A DNA stretch of 62,838 nt, filler included, from Craspedostauros australis (lineage: Eukaryota): the NCBI GenBank assembly GCA_030167865.1. It is 3 parts of 3 records of this genome, joined end to end, with 100 filler letters (N's around TTAATTAATTAA, not from the genome) between each part and the next. Parts side by side here need not be neighbours in the genome. Positions count along the whole stretch, not along the records: positions 32,080 to 60,569 come from JALAGF010006457.1; 2 more parts are not named here. One strand, given 5' to 3'. Position numbers and translations under genes: made by a program. Positions 35,201 through 48,381 of this stretch are shown one piece after another. Positions within the stretch are counted from its first letter, which is position 1, and every line of letters begins with the position of its first letter. The notes under the pieces were generated by a model. That model made no database searches, was not told the DNA's origin, and saw nothing but the letters and a program-made list of their open reading frames with translations.

Positions 35201-38200
35201 CCCTTAAATATGCAATGACGGCCCATAACAACTTGGAACGCACCCATTGGGGACCATACTATGGCCCACCATCGTTGGTTTGCTCGCGGATCGATCATTC
35301 CTATGTACATCTAGCCAGAACATGATATTCAGTGATGCTGAATATTCACAGTCATATGAATCACCAAAATTGGACGGAGGGACCTCTAAATACGTAATGG
35401 CGGTCTATAACAACTTGGAACGCACCCATTGGGGACCATACTATGGCCCACCATCGTTGGTTTGCTCGCGGATCGATCATTCCTATGTACATCTAGCCAG
35501 AACATGATATTCAGTGCTGCTGAATATTCAACTTCATATGTATCACCAAAATTGACCGCAGAACCCCAAAATATGTAATGGTGGCATATAATCACTCGGA
35601 ACGCACCCATCGGGGGCCATACCATCGTCCCCCGTTGTTGGTTTGCTCGCGCATTGATCATTCCTATGTACATCTGTCCAGAACACGATATTCAGTGGCG
35701 CTGAATATTCACTGTCATATGAATCACCAAAATTGACCGCAGAACCCCTAAATACGTAATGACGGCCTATAACCACTTGGAACGCACCCATTGGGGACCA
35801 TACCATGGCCCACCATCGTTGGTTTGCTCGCGCATTGATCATTCCTATCTACATCTGGCCAGAACACGATATTCAGTGGTGCTGAATATTCAACTTCATG
35901 TGTGTGACGAAATTGGACGGAGGCACGCTTAAATATGCAATGACGGTCTATAATCACTTGGAACGCACCCACCGGGGACCATACCATGGCCCACCATCGT
36001 TGGTTTGCTCGCGCATTGACCATTCCTATGCACTTCTGTTCAGAACACGATATTCAGTGGTGCTGAATATTCAACTTCATATGAATCACCAAATATGACC
36101 GGAGGATCCTATAAATACGTAATTACGACCTATAACCACTTGGAACGCACCCATTGGGGACCATACCATGGCCTACCATCGTTGGTTTGCTCGCGCATTG
36201 ATCATTTGTATGTACATCTATCCAGAGCACGATATTCAGTGGCGCTGAATATTCACTGTCATATGAATCACCAAATTCGACGGAGTGACCCCTAAATATG
36301 CAATGACGGCCTATAACCACTTGATACGCACCCATTGGAGACCATACCATCGTCCCCCGTTGTTGGGTTGCTCGCGCATTGACCATTCCCATGTACATCT
36401 ATCCAGAACACGATATTCAGTGGTGCTGAATATTCAACTTCATATGAATCACCAAATTGGACGGAGAGACCTCTAAATATACGATTACGGCCTATAACCA
36501 CTTGGGACGTACCCATTGGGGACCATACCATCGTCCTCCATTGTTGGTTTGCTTGCGGATCGATCATTCCTATGCACTTCTAGCCAGTACACGATATTCA
36601 GTGTTGCCGAATATTCACAGTCATATGAATCACGAAATTGGACGGAGAGACCTCTATATATGCATTGGCGACCTATAACCACTCGGAACGCACCCATTGG
36701 GGACCGTACCATCGTCCCCCATCGTTGGTTTGATCGCGCATTGATCATTCCTATGTACATCTGGCCAGAACACGATATTCAGTGGTGCTGAATATTCACC
36801 ATCATATGAATCACCAAATTGGACCGGAGTGACCTCTAAATATACGATTACGACGTATAACCACTCGGAACGCACCCATTGGGGACCATACCATCGTCCC
36901 CCATTGTTGGTTTGCTCGCGCATTGACCATTCCTATGTACATCTGTCCAGAACACGATATTCAGTGGTGCTGAATATTCACTGTCATATGAATCACCAAC
37001 TTTGACCGCAGAACCTCTATATATGCAATGACGGCCTGTAACCACTCGGAACGCACCCATGGGGACCATACCATGGCCCACCATCGTTGATTTGCTCGCG
37101 CATTGATCATTCCTATGTACATCTGGCCAGAACACGATATACATTGCCTCTGAATATTCACCATCATCTGAATCACCAAATTTGACCGGAGGACGCCTTA
37201 AATATGCATTGGCGACCTATAACCACTTGGAACGCACCCATTGGGGACCATACCATAGCCCACAATCGTTGGTTTGCTCGCGGATCGATCATTCCTATGC
37301 ACTTCTAGCCAGAACACGATATTCAGTGTTGCCGAATATTCACAGTCATATGAATCACCAAATATGACCGGAGGACCCCATAAATATGCAATGGCGGTCT
37401 ATAACCACTAGGAACGCACCCATTGGGGACCATACCATGGCCCACCATCGTTGGTTTGCTCGCGCATTGATCATTCCCATGCAATTCTGGACAGAACACG
37501 ATATACATTGCCTCTGAATATTCACCATCATATGAATCACCAACTTTGACCGCAGAACCTCTATATATGCAATGGCGGTCTATAACCACTCGGAACGCAC
37601 CCATTGGGGACCACACCATGGCCCACCATCGTTGCCTTGCTCGCGCATTGATCATTCCTATGTACATCTGGCCAGAACACGATATACATTGCCTCTGAAT
37701 ATTCACCATCATCTGAATCACCAAATTTGACCGGAGGACGCCTTAAATATGCATTGGCGACCTATAACCACTTGGAACGCACCCATTGGGGACCATACCA
37801 TCGTCCCCCATTGTTGGTTTGCTCGCGCATTGACCATTCCTATGTACATCTGTCCAGAACACGATATTCAGTGGTGCTGAATATTCACTGTCATATGAAT
37901 CACCAACTTTGACCGCAGAACCTCTAAATATGCAATGGCGGTCTATAACCACTCGGAACGCACCCATGGGGGACCATATCATTGCCCACTATCGTTGATT
38001 TGCTCGCGCATTGATGACTCCTATGTACATCTAGCCAGAACACGATATTCAGTGGTGCTGAATATTCACCATCATATGAATCACCAAANNNNNNNNNNNN
38101 NNNNNNNNNNNNNNNNNNNNNNNNNNNNNNNNNNNNNNTTGCTCGCGCATTGATCATTCCTATGTACATCTGGCCAGAACACGATATACATTGCCTCTGA

Positions 38201-40935
38201 ATATTCACCATCATCTGAATCACCAAATTTGACCGGAGGACGCCTTAAATATGCATTGGCGACCTATAACCACTTGGAACGCACCCATTGGGGACCATAC
38301 CATCGTCCCCCATTGTTGGTTTGCTCGCGCATTGACCATTCCTATGTACATCTGTCCAGAACACGATATTCAGTGGTGCTGAATATTCACTGTCATATGA
38401 ATCACCAACTTTGACCGCAGAACCTCTAAATATGCAATGGCGGTCTATAACCACTCGGAACNNNNNNNNNNNNNNNNNNNNNNNNNNNNNNNNNNNNNNN
38501 NNNNNNNNNNNNNNNNNNNNNNNNNNNNNNNNNNNGCCAGAACACGATATTCAGTGGTGCTGAATATTCACCATCATATGAATCACCAAATTGGACCGGA
38601 GTGACCTCTAAATATACGATTACGACCTATAACCACTCGGAACGCACCCATGGGGGACCATACCATGGCCCACCATCGTTGGCTTGCTCGCGCATTGATC
38701 ATTCCTATGTACATCTAGCCAGAACACGATATTTAGTGGTGCTGAATATTCACAGTCATATGAATCACGAAATTGGACGGAGTGACCTCAAAATATGTAA
38801 TTACGACCTATAACCACTAGGAACGCACTCATTGGGGACCATACCATCGTCCCCCATCGTTGGTTTGATCGCGCATTGATCATTCCTATGTACATCTGGC
38901 CAGAACACGATATTCAGTGGTGCTGAATATTCACAGTCATATGAATCACCAAATTGGACCGGAGGATCCTATAAATACGTAATTACGACCTATAACCACT
39001 CGGAACACACCCATGGGGGACCATACCATGGCCCCCCATCGTTGGTTTGCTCGCGCATTGATCATTCCTATGTACATCTGTCCAGAACACGATATTTAGT
39101 GGTGCTGAATATTCACTTTCATATGTAACACCAAATTGACCGGAGTGACCCCTGAATATGCAATGGCGGCCTATAACCACTAGGAACACACCCATTGGGG
39201 ACCATACCATGGCCCCCCATCGTTGGTTTGCTCGCGCATTGATCATTCCTATGTACATCTAGCCAGAACACGACATTCAGTGGCGCTGAATATTCAACTT
39301 CATGTGTATCACCAAATTGGACGGAGAGACCTCTAAATATGTAATNNNNNNNNNNNNNNNNNNNNNNNNNNNNNNNNNNNNNNNNNNNNNNNNNNATTAC
39401 GACCTATAACCACTCGGAACGCACCCATTGGGGACCATACCATCGTCCCCCATCGTTGGTTTGCTCGCACATTGATCATGCCTATGTACATCTGGCCAGA
39501 ACACGACATTCAGTGGCGCTGAATATTCAACTTCATGTGTATCACCAAATTGGACGGAGAGACCTCTAAATATGTAATTACGACCTATAACCACTCGGAA
39601 CGCACCCATTGGGGACCATACCATCGTCCCCCATCGTTGGTTTGCTCGCACATTGATCATTCCTATGTACATCTGGCCAGAACACGATATTCAGTGGTGC
39701 TGAATATTCACTGTCATATGAATCACCAAATATGACCGGAGGATCCTATAAATACGTAATTACGACCAATAACCACTCGGAACGCACCCATGGGGGACCA
39801 TATCATTGCCCACTATCGTTGGTTTGCTCGCGTATTGATCATTCCTATGCACTTCTGTCCAGAACACGATATTCAGTGGCGCTGAATATTCAACTTCATG
39901 TGTATCACCAAATTGGACGGAGTGACCTCTAAATATGTAATTACGACCTATAACCACTCGGAACGCACCCATTGGGGACCATACCATCGTCCACCATTGT
40001 TGGTTTGCTCGCGCATTGATCATTCCTATGTACGTCTGGCCAGAACACGATATTCAGTGGTGCTGAATATTCACTGTCATATGAATCACCAAATTGGACC
40101 GGAGGACGCCTTAAATATGCAGTGGCGGCCTAAAACCACTTGGAACGCACCCATTGGAGACCATACCATCGTCCCCCATTGTTGGTTTGCTCGCGCATTG
40201 ACCATTCCTATGTACATCTGGCCAGAACACGATATTCAATGGTGCTGAATATTCAACTTCGAGTGTATCACCAGATTGGACGGAATGACTTCTAAATATG
40301 CAATGACGGTCTATAGCCACTTGGAACGCACCCATTGGGGACCATACCATGGCCCACTATCGTTGGTTTGCTCGCGGATCGATCATTCCTATGTACATCT
40401 GGCCAGAACACGATATTCAGTGGCGCTGAATATTCACCATCATATGAATCACCAAATTGGACCGGAGGACGCCTTAAATATGCAATGGCGGCCTATAACC
40501 ACTCGGAACGCACCCATTGGGGACCATACCATCGTCCTCCATTGTTGGTTTGCTCGCGGATCGATCATTCCTATGTACATCTGGCCAGAACACGATATTC
40601 AGTGCTGCTGAATATTCACAGTCATATGAATCACCAAATTTGACCGGAGGCACGCTTAAATATGCAATGACGGTCTATAACCACTTGGAACGCACTCATG
40701 GGGGACCATACCATGGCCCACCATCGTTGGTTTGCTTGCGCATTGATCATTCCTATGTACATCTGGCCAGAACACGATATTCAGTGTTGCTGAATATTCA
40801 CTGTCATATGTAACACCAAATTGGACGGAGGGACCCCTAAATATGCAATGACGGTCTATAACCACTTGGAACGCACCCATGGGGGACCATACCATGGTCC
40901 ACCATCGTTGGTTTGCTTGCGCATTGATCATTTAC
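32242..40935. repeat. Satellite DNA array, 181-182-bp monomer, about 45 copies with internal assembly gaps
   Basis: Recurring blocks TATAACCACT(C/T)GGAACGCACCCAT, GTTGGTTTGCTCGCGCATTGATCATTCCTATG and CCAGAACACGATATTCAGTGGTGCTGAATATTCA. Period is 182 at 32996/33178/33360. Confidence 0.97.
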
Positions 40936-42135
40936 ATGCAAGTCTAGAGAGACACATTGGAATGTTTGGTGGTGCCGGGCCAGTGTTGTCATTGAGCCAG
41001 TTTCTGCACAATGTTACCAATTTCCGCCACTAGCACTGTGCCCCGGACGGCTTAAACTATTATTCCCACCATTGAGTCTGCTGGTGCCTTCGGCATGCCT
41101 TTTCATCTCACCCTATCGTAGCATACATCATGCGTATAGAGCCTGTGTTCACATCATTCGTGCACGGTCCAAGCGTTTCAAAATCCGCTCGTAGTATTCA
41201 AGATGTGTGAACGAACGATTTATCAACTTCATAAACAGTCCCAAGCATGATCAAACCATGTGGCTTTGACGTGACGGAACGCACACGCTAATATATCGAG
41301 CTTAGAGATATTCAGGGTGACTGAATCGTATCGTGTTTGGTGCGCGTCTGTCTGTCTGGTTGCGAAGTACGTTTCGAACAAAACGCAAATGGAAATTCGA
41401 AGTTTTTGAAGTCATGTCAGTCTATTTTTACGGTGCGACCTAAACTGCTAAAAAGAGAGTCTGTCGCAGTACATGCTCATGATTGAGCCTTTTGGTTGTG
41501 TGCCACGTCAGTTTATCTCGGACTAACTATGGGTTCTTCATGAGATACTATGATTGAGGTTGGAGTTACGGCCGATACCACGAAGGCATGGTACTTTTCG
41601 AAGTGTTGACCCGAAACTTCGAAAAGAAGAGAATGCTCAATGCTCTCCTTTGCCTTCTTGTTGGATCATCGAGCGGCCGCTGTCCGGGCGGGTCTTCGCG
41701 TTTGGTGCCACAGAGATGAACACGAATGCGGGACGGAAATCCAACCAACCTCTCTCGTTCGAGTTTGGAGTGCGAACACTCAGATACCAACAATCGACCA
41801 AACCGATCAACCGACAAAAAGACATAATCGACTAGTACGAATAAATAAAACCTCACAAATCAAATCAAATCAAATCAAACAGACAAAATGGAAATGAGAA
41901 CTTGGTGTGTTGTTCATGATCTTGCGAACGTGAGAAAGGCGAAGGGTCTCCACAACACGCCCTCGTCCTTTGTGTCCATCCACAACCTGCGATGATGGAC
42001 TCTCCCAAATGACCATGGGCACAGCAGAACGCTCTGCTTTCTGTCACAACTGCTTGTGCACATGGCACGAAGACTGCTCAACATACATGTGATACCACAC
42101 ACGCACACCACAGTGCACCACACAAGATTGGAACG

Positions 42136-43580
42136 ATGATGCGATCTCGCAAACAGCCAACGATGGCGACTGCCAATGAGCGCGGCTCTGGTGTATCGAC
42201 GGGGAATGCTGCTGCCACAATGTCGTCACAGAACCGACCAACAGGTCGAAGATGTGTGCTGAGGAATGTTGCGCTGATCGCAGCAGGGATTGCAGGCGCT
42301 GCGTCTGTGGGGATGCATCAACCGGGCCTGGCCTCTTTCAACTTGCAACTAGCTTTGAATGGCATTGCGGAAGACAACGCAGCGAACGATCAACATCACA
42401 TTTGTCAGGAGCAGATCTGGCAGCAGCAGCAGATGGATTAACAACAGGTGCATCAACAACAGGTGGATCAGCCGCCACAACAATCGCGGTCACACTTGAA
42501 CACGTTACCAACCATCACCATATCGCACCATGATGTCGTCTTTGATCGATTGCCGCCACAATCGCACACATTGTGCAGTGCATTCATCATGAATGTCACA
42601 GGGACGACATGCAGGAAGCTACCGTTGCGACGGACATCAGAGACGCAAGAAGGTCTCGATGTTGTCGTCCTCGTCACTCCCACGCTTCGCAGTAGCGCGC
42701 AACATGCCACAGCACCACTTGCACTCAGCATGCACAACGTATTCCAATTCGCGAAGGAGGGAATACGGCGAGTCGTCTTCGTGATCGCTACAGATGTGCT
42801 GCAATCATCGCCATCAATCACAGTAGCAGCAGCAACAACAACAACAACACCGCAGCAAGGCCAGGAACACTGTGATGAATTCTTCGATATCCTGCCGAAC
42901 CACAACATCGACCACCGCCATGCCTGCATCCAAATACGCATGTGCGGAATGCAGAGCAACAACAATGACGATCCAGCCATGCTTCTGGAGTAATAGAGCT
43001 AAACTATTAACTACCTTAGAGAGAGACACTACAAACCACCTGACTCATCCGCAGTCCAGCAGATTGAATACATGCCCCACCCGCACCCACGTTTGGGGAC
43101 CAATCCAGAACATTGAAGCAGATCTTTGGAACCCATGTCAAGGAACCAGAAGGGTTCCGATAATCAGGTCACCAAAACCCAACCACACCGAATTGCTGAC
43201 ACATGGGAACGGCGCCTCAGCGACGCACATCAACACCCTTTGTCTTTCATGGAACTCAACCAAGGAATCTCAACCCATGGTACTCAGGCTACACAACCTG
43301 CACACACAGTCACTCAGGACACCACAGGAGATCTTCCCCGCAGGGAAGAACCATAGCACTAATCTCATACTCCGCATGTTTCTTCACCCATCATCAGTAT
43401 TCTCAATTGACTACTTGTGATCCAGAAGACTCACATTCGGACCACTTGCCAATCAAGCCTCTGCCCTACAGCTAACAACAGCCAACAAGACAACAGCCAT
43501 TCCGTTTGGGCTCTATTAAGGTGTGCAGCGTTGGTGCATTGCACGGAGGGCATCTTGGATCGGTTGGAGCTGAATGGAAT
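42136..43580 (+). pseudogene. Probable pseudogene of a type-II membrane protein (unknown function), with in-frame stops and a MITE insertion
   Basis: ORFs 42136-42441 and 42448-42993 are in one frame, separated by a TAA inside a Gln (CAA/CAG) run. N-terminal basic region plus hydrophobic VALIAAGIAGAASVG. Interrupted at 42993 by the TIR element. Confidence 0.5.
42993..43516. mobile_element. Putative MITE, 524 bp, short TIRs, TA (or TAA) target duplication
   Basis: Left end TA|ATAGAGCTAAAC and right end GTTTGGGCTCTAT|TA form an imperfect ~12-bp inverted repeat. The interior is visibly CpG-poor compared with the left flank. Confidence 0.6.
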
Positions 43581-44204
43581 ACAAACGATTGAATGGAGAT
43601 GAAGAGGAATGGATAGCAGAGATGGAATTAGTACCGGTACCACAGCTCAACCCGTACATACGACTACCATATGGTATGTCATCACACTTGTTTGATTGAG
43701 GCAAGCAACAGCGACATACACGCATCTCCTAGTTTGAGTATCGAGTCATGGATAGACTCGTGTTTCGGATAAATCCCTAGCTTTGAAACATCAGAAATGA
43801 TGATGTCATAAGCGTTTTGTCCGTGATCGCATGTGATTGACCGCTAGGAATGATATCAGTTTTCCAAACAGGTGTCCCAACCACACAAACGCGCACACAA
43901 TCGTTTGCGTGTGTGTGGCCACAAGAAAAGATACTTCCGGGCCTTTCATTCGCCGATCGCGTTTCGTGCGGAAGCGGATCGTTCGTCATCGTCATCGTTT
44001 CCGTCAAAGTTTTCGTTGGCGGTGCAAATGCAGACAAGAAACGAAGACGGACAAGGTGTCGGCATTCATGATCATCATCACGACCATGCTCATAATCATC
44101 TTGACATCAACCCAAACCGCAACAAAAAGCACTATCATCTCTCTCGAACGAACGAACGAAAAAGACGGCATAGCCATTCGCAACAGCACCAACAAGCACG
44201 CACG

Positions 44205-45714
44205 ATGATGAAGCTCTCACTCCCACAGACGGCCGCCATCTTTGCCACATTCGCAGCCACATCGTCGGCCTTCGTCATTCCAACGACCTCGTCCACTGCG
44301 TCCAAGACCTCCATGGATCTGTACAAGGTCTTCATTGATGGAGAAGCTGGAACCACAGGATTGCAAGTGCGCGGACGCCTGGAAAAGCGCGAAGACTTGG
44401 AGATTATCTCGCCACCCGACGAATTGCGCAAAGACGCCGAGACTCGCAAGAAGTTCATCAATGAGGCTGATGCCGTCATTCTTTGTGAGTGCTTTGTTGG
44501 AACTGTTGTTGATGCTACTTTGGATGCTGCTATTGATGCTGCTACCGATATTGCTGTTGCTGGTCAACGGTGTTGCGTTCATGACAAGCCATGCATTCAT
44601 TCATCATTTGATGCCACGGCTCTCACATTTTCATCCTTCCCCATTTCTGTTTTCGACAACCGCGTGTATTCGTGCGCGTCCGCTTCACCACTATATTCAA
44701 CAAACCACTCATCGTCTTTGCAGGCCTCCCGGATGCCGCATCCATCGAGGCTGCAAGCTGGGTCGAAGATGACAACGATCGCACCGTCTTGATCGATGCC
44801 TCCACCGCATTCCGAGTCGCAGATGATTGGACGTACGGATTCCCAGGTACGTGAATCGCAGTGTATCGCATCGCAGTGTAGCATTCCATTCCATTCCATC
44901 CTTGTCAACGCGCTGCAATGCATGTTGTCACAACCTCCATTCAGAGTATTCCACGCGCGCTCACGCTCCTGCAAATACTCTCATCACGCGCACGCATCAT
45001 ACCGCATTCCAATTCCATGTGTTTCACCTTGCCTCAGAAATGTCCAAGGACCAACGCGAGGCCCTGTCCAAATCCAAGCGCATTTCAAACCCCGGCTGTT
45101 ACCCCACGGGATTCATCGGCCTGACGCGACCGCTCGTGGAGGCCGGCATCCTTGCAGAAGGCACACCCCTCACTGTCAATGCCATCTCGGGATACTCTGG
45201 TGGCGGCAAGGCCCTCATGGAGATCTACGAGGCCGGCGGCGCCGAACCGTGGGGCGCCTACGGTTTCGGTTTGACGCACAAACACATCCCCGAAATGGCC
45301 AAGTACTCCAAATTGAACCGCAAGCCCATCTTCCAGCCGCAGGTCGCCACCTTCGTGCAGGGTATGGTGGTCTCCGTTCCGCTGCATTATGCCTGGTTGC
45401 ACGGCGACGACGTCAAGGCAGCGGATTTGCATGCCGCCTTGACCGAGTACTACAAGGACGCGTCCGCATTCATCGAGGTCGTGCCGCTGGGCGAGTCGGG
45501 TTGCAAGGATGCTGGATTGCTGGAGCGCGGTGCCTTCCTGCGACCTGACACCTTGGCCGATACCAACAAGATGCAACTCTTCGTCTTTGCCAATGACGAA
45601 CAAGAACAGGCGGTGCTGTGTGCTCGTTTGGATAATCTGGGGAAGGGCGCCAGCGGTGCGGCCGTGCAGAATTTGAACATTGCGCTTGGGCTGGATGAGA
45701 CGACGGGGCTGTAA
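44205..45714 (+). CDS. argC: N-acetyl-gamma-glutamyl-phosphate reductase (type 2 ArgC), plastid-targeted; join(44205..44484,44724..44846,45038..45714)
   Basis: Motifs KVFIDGEAGTTGLQ, ILCLPD, IDASTAFR, YGFPE, catalytic SNPGCYPTG, SGYSGGGK, HKHIPE and LDNLGKGASGAAVQNLN. Two GT-AG introns restore the frame (359 aa). Signal peptide plus SSA-FVIP (ASAFAP-type) leader. Confidence 0.95.
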
Positions 45715-46131
45715 ACCGAATAATGCGATGAATCAATTCATGCGCTTCAGTGCTCCGCTCGACATGGATGATGCAATGTCAGCATACTGATAAGGGCTCA
45801 AGACGTACGTTACATCCTCAACCGACTGTATGCGAACTGATGGATGAACCTGATGATGATGGCTGGGCACAGTTTCTTGTTTGAGAAACGCAGAATCTCC
45901 AGTTGCAGACAGTATTCATCGTTTGTGGGAGCAACAGCATCATCGGAGGACCCGCCATGCACATGGCAGACGCTACGACTAGGGGCACCCACTGTGCATA
46001 GAATAAAGACATCATCTCATCTTATTACGGTTGATTCCAATCGTTGCGTTGCTGCCACCAACACTCGTGCTCGTGCTGCATTGCCTCTTCTCCCGCATCC
46101 GCCTCGCACAACAACGAGGAGACCATTCTGT

Positions 46132-47959
46132 TTAGAAATCACCCATCATCGCCGCCTGCTTCTCAGCCTCATCGCGCTGCGACCGGCGCAAGTCGTTGAG
46201 CATGGGATTCAGGAATTTCTTCTGGAATGACTGGAACGGCCCCTTCAGACTCGTCTTCTCCCACTCATGCTTGGTATTCTGCCCATCCCCGAACGCGTCC
46301 AACTCGCGCATCAATTGCGGCAAGGTCGGCACTGTGAAGGGATCGAACGTCGCGGCGTCGTCGATGGGCACGCAGACGCGTCCCGTCTTGGGATGGATGC
46401 AGAAGGGGCTCTTGAGCAAGTGATTCTGCATCTTCGACACGTTGATATCCAACCGCGGGTACGTGCACCGGAACACCGTCTGGATGGGCCACAGCTCCAT
46501 CTGGATGCGCTCCGCGGCGCTGTAGTGCTTGGCCAGCTTCTTGTTGGAATGCGTCTTGTGGGCGCCGCAGAAAATGGACAATTCGTGGCGCAGCATTCCC
46601 CATTTCTCGGCCGGCGTGGAAATATCCGAAAGATCGTTCCAGGATTTGAGCATGCGGTCGCACACCATGGATGCAGCGGTAGGGAGGGTGTCGAGGAGTT
46701 CCTCCCATCGGTCCTGCGATGCCAACAGTCCGTGGCCTTCCTCCGTGATGTAGGTATCGATGAACATGGGTTCCAAAATCTCAAAAGCCCGTGTCATCAT
46801 GGGGTGCAACGGATACTGCATCTTGTCACCCTTCTTGGACTTGCCGTCGCCGATGCTGACCTGCGCAAATGGGAAGGAGAGCAGGATGGAGCAGAGGGTG
46901 TTGAGTCAACGATGGGTGGTCGAATGCAGCAGCAGAAACGCATTGAGGATGTAAGTACTGGCATGAGAAGCTTGTTGGATTGGTGATCGCAATTGCACTG
47001 TACGATTCACAATACCCCATTCCGATCACACGCACGCATACACAGCACAACCCAGCTCAATGCAGTACAGCATACATGCATGCACGACCACAATCCCCAC
47101 GCACCTCAAAGTACTGCGCGATCGCGCTGCGTGCCATATCGGGCAGCTCGCGCGCTGCCTCATCGCACACCCACGCGTGCACGCCACGACGTCCCGAATA
47201 GATCCAGGCGATCTGCTCGAACCCGAAATCCTGCCGCAAGCCCTGATCCATGACGTCGATCGCCATCGTCATGAAGGACCAGCACTTGGGACAGATCTTG
47301 GCACCCGTGCAGCCGCAGAAGCGGATGGGATCGTAATCCGTGAGATCGATGTCGAAGACGAGCTCGCGCTGCTGCGTGCATTTGGAGAAGTTGGGGACGG
47401 TCTGGTGATCCTTGGGTGGGATCTGGAAGACGGCGCCGATATCGATCTTGTGCGGGCGCTTCTTTTGGATGGCCTCGCGCAGTTGGGCGGCGTTGTTGTA
47501 GCTCTGGTAACGGATGTAAATCTCGTTGCCGGGGACGGGCTCGATGGTGAAACTGAATTCGCGGTGACGGAAGAGCTGGCTGTTTTTGTTGCTGGCAGCC
47601 GAAGCAGAGGCAGATGGCGTCGCTTTGCTGTTGTTCGCGGCACCGTACGACAACCAGGCATGCAGCAGTTCGAAGGGAAACAGCCGCGAGTAGTACATTT
47701 GCAGCAGCTCTGGCGTGAACAGCTGCTCGTTGGATAGATCCTGACTGGATGCTGGCACAGCTGGTTCCTCCTTCTCTTCTTCCTTGCTTTCGCCATCTTC
47801 CATCGGCGATGTCATCGTCATGACGGCATCAGCATGGACATCATCTTGAGCCTCATTCATCGGCTCATTCTTGGCTTCATTCTCTGCTTCGTCATCAGTG
47901 TCTTGCAGATCATCCATCTTGTGCTCTTCCGCCATTTTGGTTGCTTCCATCGTTGTCAT
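46132..47959 (-). CDS. PRI1: DNA primase small (catalytic) subunit; join(complement 47105..47959, 46132..46860)
   Basis: Motifs YYSRLFPF, REFSF, KIDIGAV, RELVFDIDLTDY, YSGRRGVH, YPRLDINVS and HLLKSPFCIHPKTG. One GT-AG phase-0 intron. Confidence 0.96.
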
Positions 47960-48381
47960 GGTGGTATTGTTCGTGTGCTTGATTCAACGACCAAGGAGGT
48001 AGACTGTGTGTGTGTTGGGGTTGGTGCGCCAACTGCGAAGTGTTGCGCAAGTTTCGTTTTTGTGGTCGTTTGTGCGCGCAGCGATTCCGCATGTTGAACA
48101 GAAATGAAACAAACGACCAACAAGCACGCGAGATCGTTATCGCCAAAAAATGGCGCGAACACCTGTTGTGGTCACACGAATCAAATGTGTTGGTTTGGTC
48201 CGTTTAGTCGTTGTAGTAGATTTAGACTGATTTCTTCTTTTTTGCTGTCCTTTGCTCCGTTCCGTTCGAACTGTAGTAATATCTGTCTGCTCTTGATGTG
48301 CCACACAACGCGATCCGTCAGGCCTTCAGATCACATTCCTTGGTCTCATCTGTACGTGCGTGCGTGCTCTCTCTCTCCTTC

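Noticed and set aside
32300..40935. Many ~60-aa ORFs (…KYALATYNHSERTHWGPYH…) in the array
   Set aside because: Monomer length of 181-182 is not a multiple of three, so frames shift and stop every unit. Starts are mostly non-ATG.
32242..40935. CRISPR-like or guide-RNA array interpretation
   Set aside because: Variable slots are short, reused alleles rather than unique spacers. No cas or nuclease gene is nearby and the context is eukaryotic.
32081..41032. Possible hAT-like termini (CAGTGGCG ... CGCCACTA) enclosing the satellite
   Set aside because: Only a 7-bp match, and the left flank is a gap, so no target duplication can be tested.
45727..45860. TGATGA/CTGA-like boxes after argC suggesting a C/D snoRNA
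   Set aside because: Boxes are imperfect or out of order, with no terminal stem or recognisable rRNA complement. No tRNA or rRNA gene was recognised anywhere in the window.
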